A DNA stretch of 53,393 nt from Nitrospirota bacterium. Lineage in GTDB: Bacteria; Nitrospirota; Thermodesulfovibrionia; UBA6902. Location: positions 1-53,393 of the forward strand of contig DRDE01000177.1 of NCBI GenBank assembly GCA_011040095.1, written 5' to 3'. Made by a program: the position numbers and the translations under genes. The number at the start of each line of letters is the position of its first letter. The first letter of the stretch is position 1. Below, in pieces: positions 1 through 7,727 of the stretch. Under the pieces are notes generated by a model that saw nothing but the letters and a program-made list of their open reading frames with translations, made no database searches and had not been told where the DNA came from.

Positions 1-412
1 CAATAATGCCCTTTTTAATATTATCCTGCTCGGTCTTTGAAAATTTTTTATAGGGCCCGCCCCTTCTCATGGGGTCCTTTTCTGAGAAATACTGATCAAA
101 ATAATCCCATACAGACACATTGGGATGATGTCTTTTTACATAGACGATTCTATAGTCAAGTCCGTTGTTGTCAACGAAGCTGATTCCCCTGCTGCCGACT
201 TTTTTTATTGTAACTTTTGTCCCGACAGGGAGAATCGCACCCTTGTGGTAATTGGTTGAATAGATTTTTGCCGGTCTTTCATACCATATATTGGCGGTTG
301 TATAAAATGCTTTCCCAACAACATCCCTGCCTGCTTCCGCAGAGGAAATGAATAATAACAACGAAAAAACAAATGCAAGTAAAATACAGGTATATCCTCG
401 GTTTTCAGTCAT
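1..412 (-). CDS. Hypothetical secreted protein, 3' end lies outside the window
   Basis: Minus-strand reading frame runs off the window start, so it is absent from the ORF track. ATG at 410-412. Hand translation MTENRGYTCILLAFVFSLLLFISSAEAGRD... has a signal-peptide-like N-terminus. No family recognised. Confidence 0.5.
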   Translation of the reverse strand, partial: MTENRGYTCILLAFVFSLLLFISSAEAGRDVVGKAFYTTANIWYERPAKIYSTNYHKGAILPVGTKVTIKKVGSRGISFVDNNGLDYRIVYVKRHHPNVSVWDYFDQYFSEKDPMRRGGPYKKFSKTEQDNIKKGII

Positions 413-561
413 AATTCAGCCCCTTTTTTTAAAATTACAGATTGTTTCCTCTTGAGATAAACAGCTGCCTTATTACCGTAACAATTATATCCAATGCTCT
501 GGATTAATTCAATATTAGAGGGGTGCCTCTGAGTTATAAGGTTAATACCGTGGGGGCATAT

Positions 562-990
562 TTATACAGACGGAAGCCAGGGGTTAAATAAAGAAACTCC
601 ACTGATTTCCATGTCGGAAAAATTTCTTGTAACAACTACCAACCCATAGGTTATTCCTGTTGCCGCAATTAAACTGTCAATTGCGGGCATTATTTTCCCT
701 TGTTTTTCTGCCTGGCCCTGTATCTCTCCCCATTTTTTTGCAACATCGGTATTTATGTCTAAAATTCTTCCGGCAAATCTGTTTTTTAATTCAGAGTCAA
801 TCCATAACTGAAGTTTTTCTTTCCTTTTTGAGTCAGGAAGTTTTGTAATCCCTTTTTGAATTTCGCCAATGGTCAATGCACTCAGGAAAAATGCCTCTTC
901 ATGGCAGGAACCCACCCAGGCAATAACTTTTTTATTTGGTTTTGTTCTGGCAAGTTCCGAAACGAGACAGGTGTCAAGTAAATATTTCAC
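562..990 (-). CDS. vapC: PIN-domain toxin, VapC family
   Basis: 142 aa with a typical VapC/FitB pattern (MKYLLDTC..., ...AIDSLIAATG..., ...VVTRNFSDM). Overlaps the upstream antitoxin gene by 4 nt (987-990). Confidence 0.85.
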   Translation of the reverse strand: MKYLLDTCLVSELARTKPNKKVIAWVGSCHEEAFFLSALTIGEIQKGITKLPDSKRKEKLQLWIDSELKNRFAGRILDINTDVAKKWGEIQGQAEKQGKIMPAIDSLIAATGITYGLVVVTRNFSDMEISGVSLFNPWLPSV

Positions 991-1238
991 AATTCAACTT
1001 TCCTTGATGGTTCTTTGCTTCTATCGATATCTAATTTTATGCCGTGCAGGGGAGATTTCTGAAAAAAATCAACCAGGTTTGTCCTGGGTTTTATCAGTTT
1101 TCTGTAATCCTTCATAGATAAAACTATTACTGTTTCAATTCCTCTCTTAGTGACAATCTGGGGGCCTTCTTTCTGTGCTTCATTTACCAAGTTACTGAAA
1201 CGATTTTTTGCGTCTTGCAGTTTCCATGCTCTTTTCAT
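987..1238 (-). CDS. Phd/YefM-type antitoxin, partner of VapC
   Basis: MKRAWKLQDAKNRFSNLVNEA...GPQIVTKRG is a typical Phd/YefM N-terminus. I prefer the ATG at 1236-1238 (GGTGA 7 nt upstream) over the GTG at 1247. Overlaps vapC. Confidence 0.8.
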   Translation of the reverse strand: MKRAWKLQDAKNRFSNLVNEAQKEGPQIVTKRGIETVIVLSMKDYRKLIKPRTNLVDFFQKSPLHGIKLDIDRSKEPSRKVEL

Positions 1239-1311
1239 GATAATCACCCCTGGAATAATTTCGTCTTTACAGGCTATCCTGTCTAGATAGTATAATATTT
1301 TGAATTGTATG

Positions 1312-1437
1312 TCAAATAAAGTGATTAATCAAATCACTCGCCGTCGTTCGCTTTTAATACAGGTCTTTTATCTTCATCTTTTGACTGCCATTTTTTAAAA
1401 TAAACCGCTTTTTTCTTTATACGTTATCGTGGTTATC
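1312..1437. repeat. 126-bp relic copy of the 3' end of the lipoprotein gene at 3395-3973
   Basis: By eye, about 90 percent identical to 3373-3499 (tcaaataaagtgatta...cgtggttatc). This copy has an in-frame stop and no upstream gene body. Confidence 0.7.
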
Positions 1438-1456
1438 TCCCGGTTGAATGACTTCG

Positions 1457-1768
1457 TTATGCTTTGTCTTTGTCTTTCTTTACTCTATGTTTCCAGTAAG
1501 ATGGTTCTCTGCTGCCATGCATCACTGCGACAATCAAAATGTAAGCTTCTTCAATAGTATAGAGAATCCCATAAGGAAATCGGCGGGTAAGACAACGTCG
1601 TATATCTTCTTCAATTATTCTGAATAATTCCGGGCTTTCAATGATTCGGTGAATCGTATTTTCAACTTCGGTGTAGAAAGCCAGTCCAGGTTTTGGATTT
1701 TTTCCGGAATAGTATATCGTTGCTTCGCTGAATTCAATTAATGTTTCAGGATGGAATATATATTTCAT
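1457..1768 (-). CDS. ParE/RelE-family toxin
   Basis: 103 aa. The C-terminus ...RRFPYGILYTIEEAYILIVAVMHGSREPSYW is typical of ParE-type plasmid stabilisation toxins. Overlaps the upstream antitoxin gene by 1 nt. Confidence 0.8.
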   Translation of the reverse strand: MKYIFHPETLIEFSEATIYYSGKNPKPGLAFYTEVENTIHRIIESPELFRIIEEDIRRCLTRRFPYGILYTIEEAYILIVAVMHGSREPSYWKHRVKKDKDKA

Positions 1769-1989
1769 TAAGCGATCAGTTTTCGCACTTGCTCTAAAGC
1801 TTCATCTCCTGAAATAGGTTTAACACGTCCGCTTCGTACTTCATCACGCCGTTTTTTAGCTTCAACTATCCAGAGTTTTTGAATTGTGTCATTTTCAAGA
1901 CTCTCTACTAATCGTTCAGCAAGTTGAGCTCTATCTTCGCTCGGCAAGGACAATGCCTGAGCGGCCAATTTATTAATTTTTATTTTCAT
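1768..1989 (-). CDS. Putative addiction-module antitoxin, partner of ParE
   Basis: 73 aa: ...LSLPSEDRAQLAERLVESLE...WIVEAKKRRDEVRSG. This is the pattern of the small 'addiction module component' antitoxins paired with ParE/RelE. It lies immediately upstream of the toxin. Confidence 0.7.
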   Translation of the reverse strand: MKIKINKLAAQALSLPSEDRAQLAERLVESLENDTIQKLWIVEAKKRRDEVRSGRVKPISGDEALEQVRKLIA

Positions 1990-2231
1990 ACCATTTCCCT
2001 TTTAAACTATATTAATCATTTCTTGAGCTTTTTGCAAAATAAAAACATGACTTGGAATTTTTCACATGGCGATATTTATCCTTTAGCCCTTTAGCCAAAT
2101 CAAGGTAGAACTGCCGGTTACCTGAGAGCCGCCTCGCAGGTCCCTGCGTGCGATTTTCCCGCACAAGGCTCTTCAGTATTGCTCGCTTCGTACAAAAGCA
2201 TCGTTTTATGCTCTCTTTGCTATTCCCCTCA

Positions 2232-2342
2232 ATTACAGATTTTTCTGAAGAACGTAGAGACAAATGTTTGGATTGAATTCCTTTTTTATTATGTATGAAC
2301 TGTTGACTCTTTTAATCTGAAAGGTTTAATCGTTTTTAATTC
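2232..2342. repeat. Uninterrupted paralog of the IS1595 target region (matches 5155-5210 plus 6223-6287)
   Basis: Near-identical sequence attacagatttttctgaagaacgtagagacaaatgtttggattgaatt...ttattatgtatgaactgttgactcttttaatctgaaaggtttaatcgtttttaattc. Its right part equals the 3' end of higA, and a 37-codon relic ORF ends ...ELKTIKPFRLKESTVHT. Confidence 0.75.
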
Positions 2343-2458
2343 TTCGTTCTTCCAATAAGTACTTTCGGAGTTGGGTGAACCCACGGATTTATTTGCCATT
2401 TATTCTGCCGAATGGGTTAAAATAAACGTAACTTTAAAGAAATCAAGGTAAAAAATAA

Positions 2459-2909
2459 TTGCAAAGAAAAAAACTCTATATAGATGTTTGTACCTTGTGC
2501 AGACCCTTTGATGATCAAAATATAATGCGTATAAGGCTTGAAACAGATGCATTTTATATGATTCTTCAAAGTATTAGAGAAGGAAATTATAATATGGTAG
2601 TTTCGCCGGTTCATCTGAAAGAAATTGGAGGAATTGAAGATATTCGTGAAAGATTGGAATTAATAATTTTGCTAAATAACTTTGGGGTGAACCCGTCTTG
2701 TAATTTACGGAAAGTAAGAGAAAGGGCAGAATATTTTGTCTCGCTGAAATCAGGTATCGCAGATGCTGCCCATTTGGCATTTGCAGAAGCAACATCTGAT
2801 AATTTTTATAACCTGTGATGATAAGTTGTTAAAGAAATGCAAAAGGAATAACATAAAGATACAGTCTGTTAGTCCATTAGAGTTCTGTACTATGGAGGAT
2901 TTAAAATGA
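2459..2909 (+). pseudogene. PIN-domain nuclease gene interrupted by a +1 frameshift in a T-run
   Basis: The 119-aa ORF (TTG start) ends ...AAHLAFAEATSDNFYNL*. The +1 frame continues ITCDDKLLKKCKRNNIKIQSVSPLEFCTMEDLK*, the expected PIN C-terminus. Removing one T from aattttta near 2803-2810 restores one frame. The restored stop (2907-2909) overlaps the next ATG as ATGA. Confidence 0.6.
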
Positions 2910-3103
2910 AAAAAAGTCACTATATAGGGGAAGATCAACTTCTTAAAAAAGCCATTAATATTTTGATGGAAAAATTGGGTCCAGTGGAAACAAACAGGTT
3001 TCTGTCTCTGCCTGCAAAAAAACGCATTGAATCGGTAAAGAGACACCGTTTATGGCAATCCGGACTTGATAAGGATTCTTTTTTTAAGGAAGTTTTTGGT
3101 TAA
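2906..3103 (+). CDS. Small hypothetical protein translationally coupled to the PIN gene, possibly its partner
   Basis: 65-aa ORF. Its ATG overlaps the reconstructed PIN stop (ATGA at 2906-2909). No family recognised. Confidence 0.45.
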   Translation: MKKSHYIGEDQLLKKAINILMEKLGPVETNRFLSLPAKKRIESVKRHRLWQSGLDKDSFFKEVFG

Positions 3104-3394
3104 GAGGGTCTTTGAAACAATAAAGTATGTCTTCTTCAATTTATATACAAAATGCCGTGACACATCTACTTCTTAGATGTGTCTTGAGTTGTAAACACAA
3201 TTAATGACTGCTTCAGATATCAGGACTTTTCTCTATTAAGACTTTTGAGCAATTTTTGATATACGAGTTCTGTCCCATATCCCCATAATTTTCTATTCTT
3301 TTCTATTACATTAACACATTTATTCAACCGCCCATTGTTTTCTTGTGTCTATCATCAAAACCACCGATGCATTCAAATAAAGTGATTAGTCAAA

Positions 3395-3973
3395 TCACTC
3401 GCCGTCGTTCGCTTTTAATACAGGCCTTTGATCTTCATCTTTTGACTGCCATTTTTCAAAATAAACCGCTTTTTTCTTTAAAACACTATCGTGGTTATCA
3501 CTTGCCCACTTATAAGCTGAATCATTATTTTTGATTATGTTGGCATTCTCTATCCACTTACGAACTTTGTCGGTTTTCAACTGGTCTTTTGTAACCGGGG
3601 CCAACGAAAACCTGGCTCTCCATGCACCCATCCTCGGTACGACTCGAACATAGTAGGTTTTGCCGGGAAGCAGATCAGCTTTCATGAAGTCAGCGGCTTC
3701 AGAAACCACCATAAATAAATGTTCGCCGGGTTCAGCCATGTATGGGAGTTTCTGATTATAAGGCACAAAACCTATAAAATTGTCATCATCATATACTGCT
3801 GCATGAATTTTGAAACCTAAAGTATTAGGCCGAATAAAATATACCAATGCCTTATCCCCTTCCAGGGCTATATCAGTCTCAATTGGAACAGATAGATTCA
3901 TTCTCGGTGCAACACATCCAAATAGTCCTGCGGCTAATATAACAACGGCCATTACTTTAATGCATTTGTTCAT
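3395..3973 (-). CDS. Lipoprotein, DUF2846-like
   Basis: I prefer the internal start MNKCIKVMAVVILAAGLFGC, which has a lipobox and AGGAGG just upstream. The 22 codons upstream in the ORF track look non-coding. The body ...ALVYFIRPN...GKTYYVRV resembles DUF2846 lipoproteins. Confidence 0.7.
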   Translation of the reverse strand: MNKCIKVMAVVILAAGLFGCVAPRMNLSVPIETDIALEGDKALVYFIRPNTLGFKIHAAVYDDDNFIGFVPYNQKLPYMAEPGEHLFMVVSEAADFMKADLLPGKTYYVRVVPRMGAWRARFSLAPVTKDQLKTDKVRKWIENANIIKNNDSAYKWASDNHDSVLKKKAVYFEKWQSKDEDQRPVLKANDGE

Positions 3974-4072
3974 AGTTCCTCCTTTTTTGGGTTCTTCCGG
4001 ATTTGTGGTGGGATTCCCTAAAGGGTTTTTGTGCTTCATATAGGCAATTATGGTAAAGGGTCATGAAAATAT

Positions 4073-4210
4073 TTAATGTTTCCAGTAAGTTGGCCCCTGC
4101 ACATCCATGCTCAAGAGAACCAACAGGCATTTGTTCTGTTCACCCAGCGTCGGCATCAGCACGGGAAAGAATAATTGGTGACGACAGCGAAAGAACTTTA
4201 TGTACAAAAA
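4073..4210 (-). pseudogene. Relic of a second ParE/RelE toxin gene (C-terminal 45 codons only)
   Basis: Hand translation of the minus strand gives ...FRCRHQLFFPVLMPTLGEQNKCLLVLLSMDVQGPTYWKH*. This aligns with IRRCLTRRFPYGILYTIEEAYILIVAVMHGSREPSYWKH of the intact ParE at 1457-1768. An in-frame TAG lies at 4211-4213. Confidence 0.45.
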
Positions 4211-4492
4211 CTATGTGAAATTCATATGAGGCTCAATAAACCCCTTTAAAAGAGTTCTTTTAAGGAGAAAAAACAAGCAAACCCAATACGGAAGCAGCTT
4301 CTTCAGTTGGTGGAACCTTTGATAGCGTCAATGAAAAATCCCACCATAAACCCGGAAGAGCCCTTTTTTGTATAGCAACAAAGTGACTGACAAGTGCCTG
4401 AATGATATCTGTTTGCTAAAGAAATCAGTTTGCATACAAAAAAACGATCAAAAACGAAACAGTCACCGCTGGCACTCGTTCACGTCCATCTG

Positions 4493-4933
4493 TTAGGGCA
4501 GCTTTGTCCAAATCGAGTCAATAACCTGAAATACTTTTTTCCTCGGATCGGGAAAAGAATGCAACCATGAATTATCGAATTCCCCGGTTGCTACGAGTTC
4601 ATTTGTATGGTTGTCGTATATGTTTATGTCAAGTTTATCAAGATACATTGACATATCCCATCGCCAGATATCTGAAAATGTAACATACGCATCAACATTT
4701 TTAGGCTTGCTTTCAATGGGTCCAATTGAGGCTCTTATTCCTCGAACTGCCAATGCTTTCTGGATATAAATATCGATCCCTCTTTTTGATGCTTTATTTT
4801 GAACTACATATACGGAATTGATGTCATTCAAAAAATCTCTACTATAGACTCCAGCCGGATGTATTGTTGAGCATGATACTAAAGATACGCCAACAAGTAG
4901 TATAAGAATTAATTTTATTTTTGCAGTATGCAT
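4493..4933 (-). CDS. Hypothetical lipoprotein
   Basis: 146 aa with an N-terminal MHTAKIKLILILLVGVSLVSCS signal peptide and lipobox. Confidence 0.65.
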   Translation of the reverse strand: MHTAKIKLILILLVGVSLVSCSTIHPAGVYSRDFLNDINSVYVVQNKASKRGIDIYIQKALAVRGIRASIGPIESKPKNVDAYVTFSDIWRWDMSMYLDKLDINIYDNHTNELVATGEFDNSWLHSFPDPRKKVFQVIDSIWTKLP

Positions 4934-5210
4934 AATACCTCCTACACGTTATAAGCAATTCGTTTTTACTGACTCTTTTGTCATTATAGTGGACATGGCA
5001 TGGAAAATACAGTACTACCGGAATCTCAGGAATTTTTGCGTTGCAAGAGCCTTGTCCATAAAAAAGTATATATGATTCCATTTGCATTGGGCAAGAAAAT
5101 TAAGGGGGGGGAGCGATAAGGAACTGCCGCAGAGACAGTTGGCGGTGTCTACGTATTACAGATTTTTCTGAAGAACGTAGAGACAAATGTTTGGATTGAA
5201 TTTCTTTTTT

Positions 5211-6222
5211 AGGCCTATGCACTTGACTGAAGTTACCCCAATATATAGTATACGTGGGTATGGAAGTTTACCCTCGGAATCTTATGGAATTTGAGCAGCA
5301 ATTTGCTTCGGAAGAAGCTTGCCGGGAATATTTGTTTCAATTGCGCTGGCCAAATGGCTTTCAATGTCCTCGGTGTAAGAATCAGAAGAGTTGGAAGACT
5401 ATCCAAAATCTGTATTACTGCACAAGATGTGGATATAAAACTTCGATAACGGCGGGCACAATTTTTCAAGATACGAGTAAGTCTCTGATGATATGGTTTC
5501 GAGCAATGTGGTATGTGACGAATCAAAAACATGGGGTTAGTGCTCTTGGTATGCAACGTGCGCTGGGATTGGGCAGTTATCGGACTGCTTGGGCATGGTT
5601 GCACAAGCTGCGTTGTGCAATGGTGCGACCTGGCCGTGATCGTCTCTCGGGTAAGGTGGAGGTTGATGAAACTTATATTGGGGGGCCAAAGCCAGGGAAA
5701 CGGGGTCGTGGAGCTGCCGGTAAAGTCTTGGTAGTCGTTGTGGCACAACAAGATGGCAAACGAATTGGACGAATCCGCCTTCAACGAGTGGCTGATGCCT
5801 CCGCAGAAAGTTTGAACGATGCTGTACAGAAAAGCGTTGAACCTAATTCCATAGTCCATACAGACGATTGGAATGGATATAAGCAATTGGATAAGTTGGG
5901 TTATACTCATGAGGTTATCCGCCATACATCTGATATTGGTAAAAATCTTTTGCCTTTGGCCAATCGAGTTGTTTCTCTGTTAAAACGATGGCTGTTGGGA
6001 ACTCATCAAGGAGCTGTTAAGATATCGCATCTGGACTATTATCTGGATGAATTTACTTTCCGCTTCAACCGTAGAACTTCCAAATCGAGAGGCAAATTGT
6101 TTTATCGACTTGTTCAACAATCTGTCGAAGTTCCCCCTGTCTTGATAAAGAACATTGTTGGGGATAAATCTGGAAACTAAAATACAATATATAGTATGCA
6201 CTTCAGTCAAGTGCATAGGCCT
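5211..6222 (+). mobile_element. IS1595-family insertion sequence (ISXO2-like)
   Basis: Perfect 23-bp terminal inverted repeats aggcctatgcacttgactgaagt (5211-5233 and 6200-6222) enclose a single transposase ORF. Flanked by the direct repeat ttctttttt (5202-5210 and 6224-6232). Inserted into a sequence that is intact at 2232-2342. Confidence 0.85.
5254..6180 (+). CDS. IS1595-family transposase (N-terminal zinc ribbon plus DDE domain)
   Basis: 308 aa. CPRC...CTRC zinc ribbon, then ...VEVDETYIGG... and ...VHTDDWNGY..., typical of ISXO2-like transposases. Confidence 0.9.
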   Translation: MGMEVYPRNLMEFEQQFASEEACREYLFQLRWPNGFQCPRCKNQKSWKTIQNLYYCTRCGYKTSITAGTIFQDTSKSLMIWFRAMWYVTNQKHGVSALGMQRALGLGSYRTAWAWLHKLRCAMVRPGRDRLSGKVEVDETYIGGPKPGKRGRGAAGKVLVVVVAQQDGKRIGRIRLQRVADASAESLNDAVQKSVEPNSIVHTDDWNGYKQLDKLGYTHEVIRHTSDIGKNLLPLANRVVSLLKRWLLGTHQGAVKISHLDYYLDEFTFRFNRRTSKSRGKLFYRLVQQSVEVPPVLIKNIVGDKSGN

Positions 6223-6233
6223 ATTCTTTTTTA

Positions 6234-6557
6234 TTATGTATGAACTGTTGACTCTTTTAATCTGAAAGGTTTAATCGTTTTTAATTCCTTTGCCTCCATG
6301 AGCTTTGCTTTATATAAATCCCATCGAAGCTGAAGGTTCATCCAGAAATCTTCTGAAACCCCGAAGAATTTCCCGAGCCTTAATGCCGTGCTTGGAGTTA
6401 TTCCACGGCGTTTGTTAATAATTTCATTAATCCTCTGGTATGGGACATGAATATCCTCTGCCAATTCCCTTTGAGTAATACCCATAGGAATCAGGAATTC
6501 TTCAAGGAGCATCTCCCCAGGGTGAGTCGGTTCTCTATGTGTTGGTATGCGAACCAT
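6234..6557 (-). CDS. higA: HigA-family antitoxin (XRE-type HTH), no adjacent toxin
   Basis: MVRIPTHREPTHPGEMLLEEFL...GITQRELAEDIHVPYQRINEIINKRRGITPSTALRLGKFFG is a classic HigA sequence. I prefer the ATG at 6555-6557, which has GGAGG 5 nt upstream. Confidence 0.85.
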   Translation of the reverse strand: MVRIPTHREPTHPGEMLLEEFLIPMGITQRELAEDIHVPYQRINEIINKRRGITPSTALRLGKFFGVSEDFWMNLQLRWDLYKAKLMEAKELKTIKPFRLKESTVHT

Positions 6558-6612
6558 CTTTGCCTCCATAAAATATTTTAGTTTGTGTCATGGAATTAAT
6601 AAAATCTCCCCT

Positions 6613-6638
6613 ATCCCCTCTTTTCCAAAGAGGGGGAT
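6613..6638 (-). terminator. Candidate hairpin terminator after the KS/KS-like pair
   Basis: 9-bp GC-rich stem cccctcttt/aaagagggg about 20 nt past the stop at 6657. On the minus strand a T-run follows only after about 12 nt, so this is weak. Confidence 0.3.
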
Positions 6639-6656
6639 ATTCTCATCTAAACATAA

Positions 6657-7727
6657 CTATTTCTTTCCAAGATAAACGCCTGCTTTATTCCCGTAACAGT
6701 TATATCTGATGATCCGGATCAATTCAATATTGTCTTTCTTTGTTTCACTGACAATATTCAGCCCGTGAGGGTTATCTCTTACTGGATTGGCATATTTTAT
6801 CTGTTCCTTAAGCATCAGCGCCCCTGCCGCACAGTTAAAGGCGCTGCCGGTCATCATGCTGCCGAACAGGGGAGAATAAGCGGCAGCGGGAATATCTTCA
6901 GAGAGTGAATACGCATAAACGGATTCATCGGCTAACATGCCGTCTGCATCAATAATATTTAAATCCACTTGAGGTGAATTTTCCGTTTCAGCGTCCATGA
7001 GTATATTTTCAACTTCACAAAAAGTATTATCCGTCTTCCTGTTGCTCAACAAAAAGAAGACAGCGCCTTCACCCGGGACGTGAAAGACAGGGTTGAAATC
7101 AAAAGGCTTTATTCTGCCATCAGATGCAGCTCTCAATTTTTCATTATAAATATATCCCAGGACATCACCGTACTGTTCCGCCGTCCCCACCAAGACATAA
7201 TCACACCGCCCCTCATTTAACCATGACCGGGCAAGCTGCAGGGCGCTCTGGAAAGAGAAGAAAAATTGTGTAACGGTCAAGGTCGGCCCCTGAATATTGA
7301 GGGCTGATGATATGTAAGAGGAGGCTGCATTGTGGACCGAATTGGAGAAGGACGTCGGCGAAGGATGTAATTCTCCGTATTGAAGTATTTCGTCCAGAAA
7401 ATCAAATGTCGTTACATGAGGGCCGAATGCCGTTGCAGTTATAATGCCTACTGTTTTTCCGTCAATATTTTCTATCCCGCTGTTTTTAAAGGCCTCGGAA
7501 GCGGCATAAACCGCCATTTTGCTTAATTTGTCGGAACGCCGCATTTTTTTCAGCAATGTCCTGTCGGCAATATTCCTGATATCAGCCAGATATGCAAAGC
7601 TTTTTCCGTCTTTTAAATAAGAAGCGCCAATTTCAGCAGGCTTTTGCCATCCCCGGTTCAGGGCATCACGGAACCTGTCGACTCCCCTGCCCTGCGCACA
7701 GATAATGCCCATCCCGAGGACATTCAT
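6657..7727 (-). CDS. KS-like protein lacking the active-site Cys (chain-length-factor-like partner)
   Basis: 356 aa with a thiolase-fold KS pattern. The GPxxxxxxACSS position reads GPTLTVTQFFFSF (Phe instead of Cys), and the HGTGT and GHxxGAAG histidine motifs are absent. ATGA overlap with the upstream KS (7724-7727). Confidence 0.8.
   Translation of the reverse strand: MNVLGMGIICAQGRGVDRFRDALNRGWQKPAEIGASYLKDGKSFAYLADIRNIADRTLLKKMRRSDKLSKMAVYAASEAFKNSGIENIDGKTVGIITATAFGPHVTTFDFLDEILQYGELHPSPTSFSNSVHNAASSYISSALNIQGPTLTVTQFFFSFQSALQLARSWLNEGRCDYVLVGTAEQYGDVLGYIYNEKLRAASDGRIKPFDFNPVFHVPGEGAVFFLLSNRKTDNTFCEVENILMDAETENSPQVDLNIIDADGMLADESVYAYSLSEDIPAAAYSPLFGSMMTGSAFNCAAGALMLKEQIKYANPVRDNPHGLNIVSETKKDNIELIRIIRYNCYGNKAGVYLGKK

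Noticed and set aside
2012-2263. 83-aa minus-strand ORF (TTG start) between the ParE antitoxin and the PIN gene.
   Set aside because: It has a non-ATG start and no RBS, its sequence is basic and low-complexity, and its 5' part lies in the repeat shared with 5155-5210. It is more likely non-coding repeat or relic DNA. I considered a group II intron or retron fragment because of a GTGCG-containing stretch, but could not support that.
3974-4039. 22-codon extension of the lipoprotein ORF 3395-4039.
   Set aside because: AGGAGG lies inside the extension, directly upstream of MNKC, and the signal peptide and lipobox begin at that Met.
5233-5925. 230-aa ORF antisense to the IS1595 transposase.
   Set aside because: It is a shadow of the transposase frame and has no motifs.
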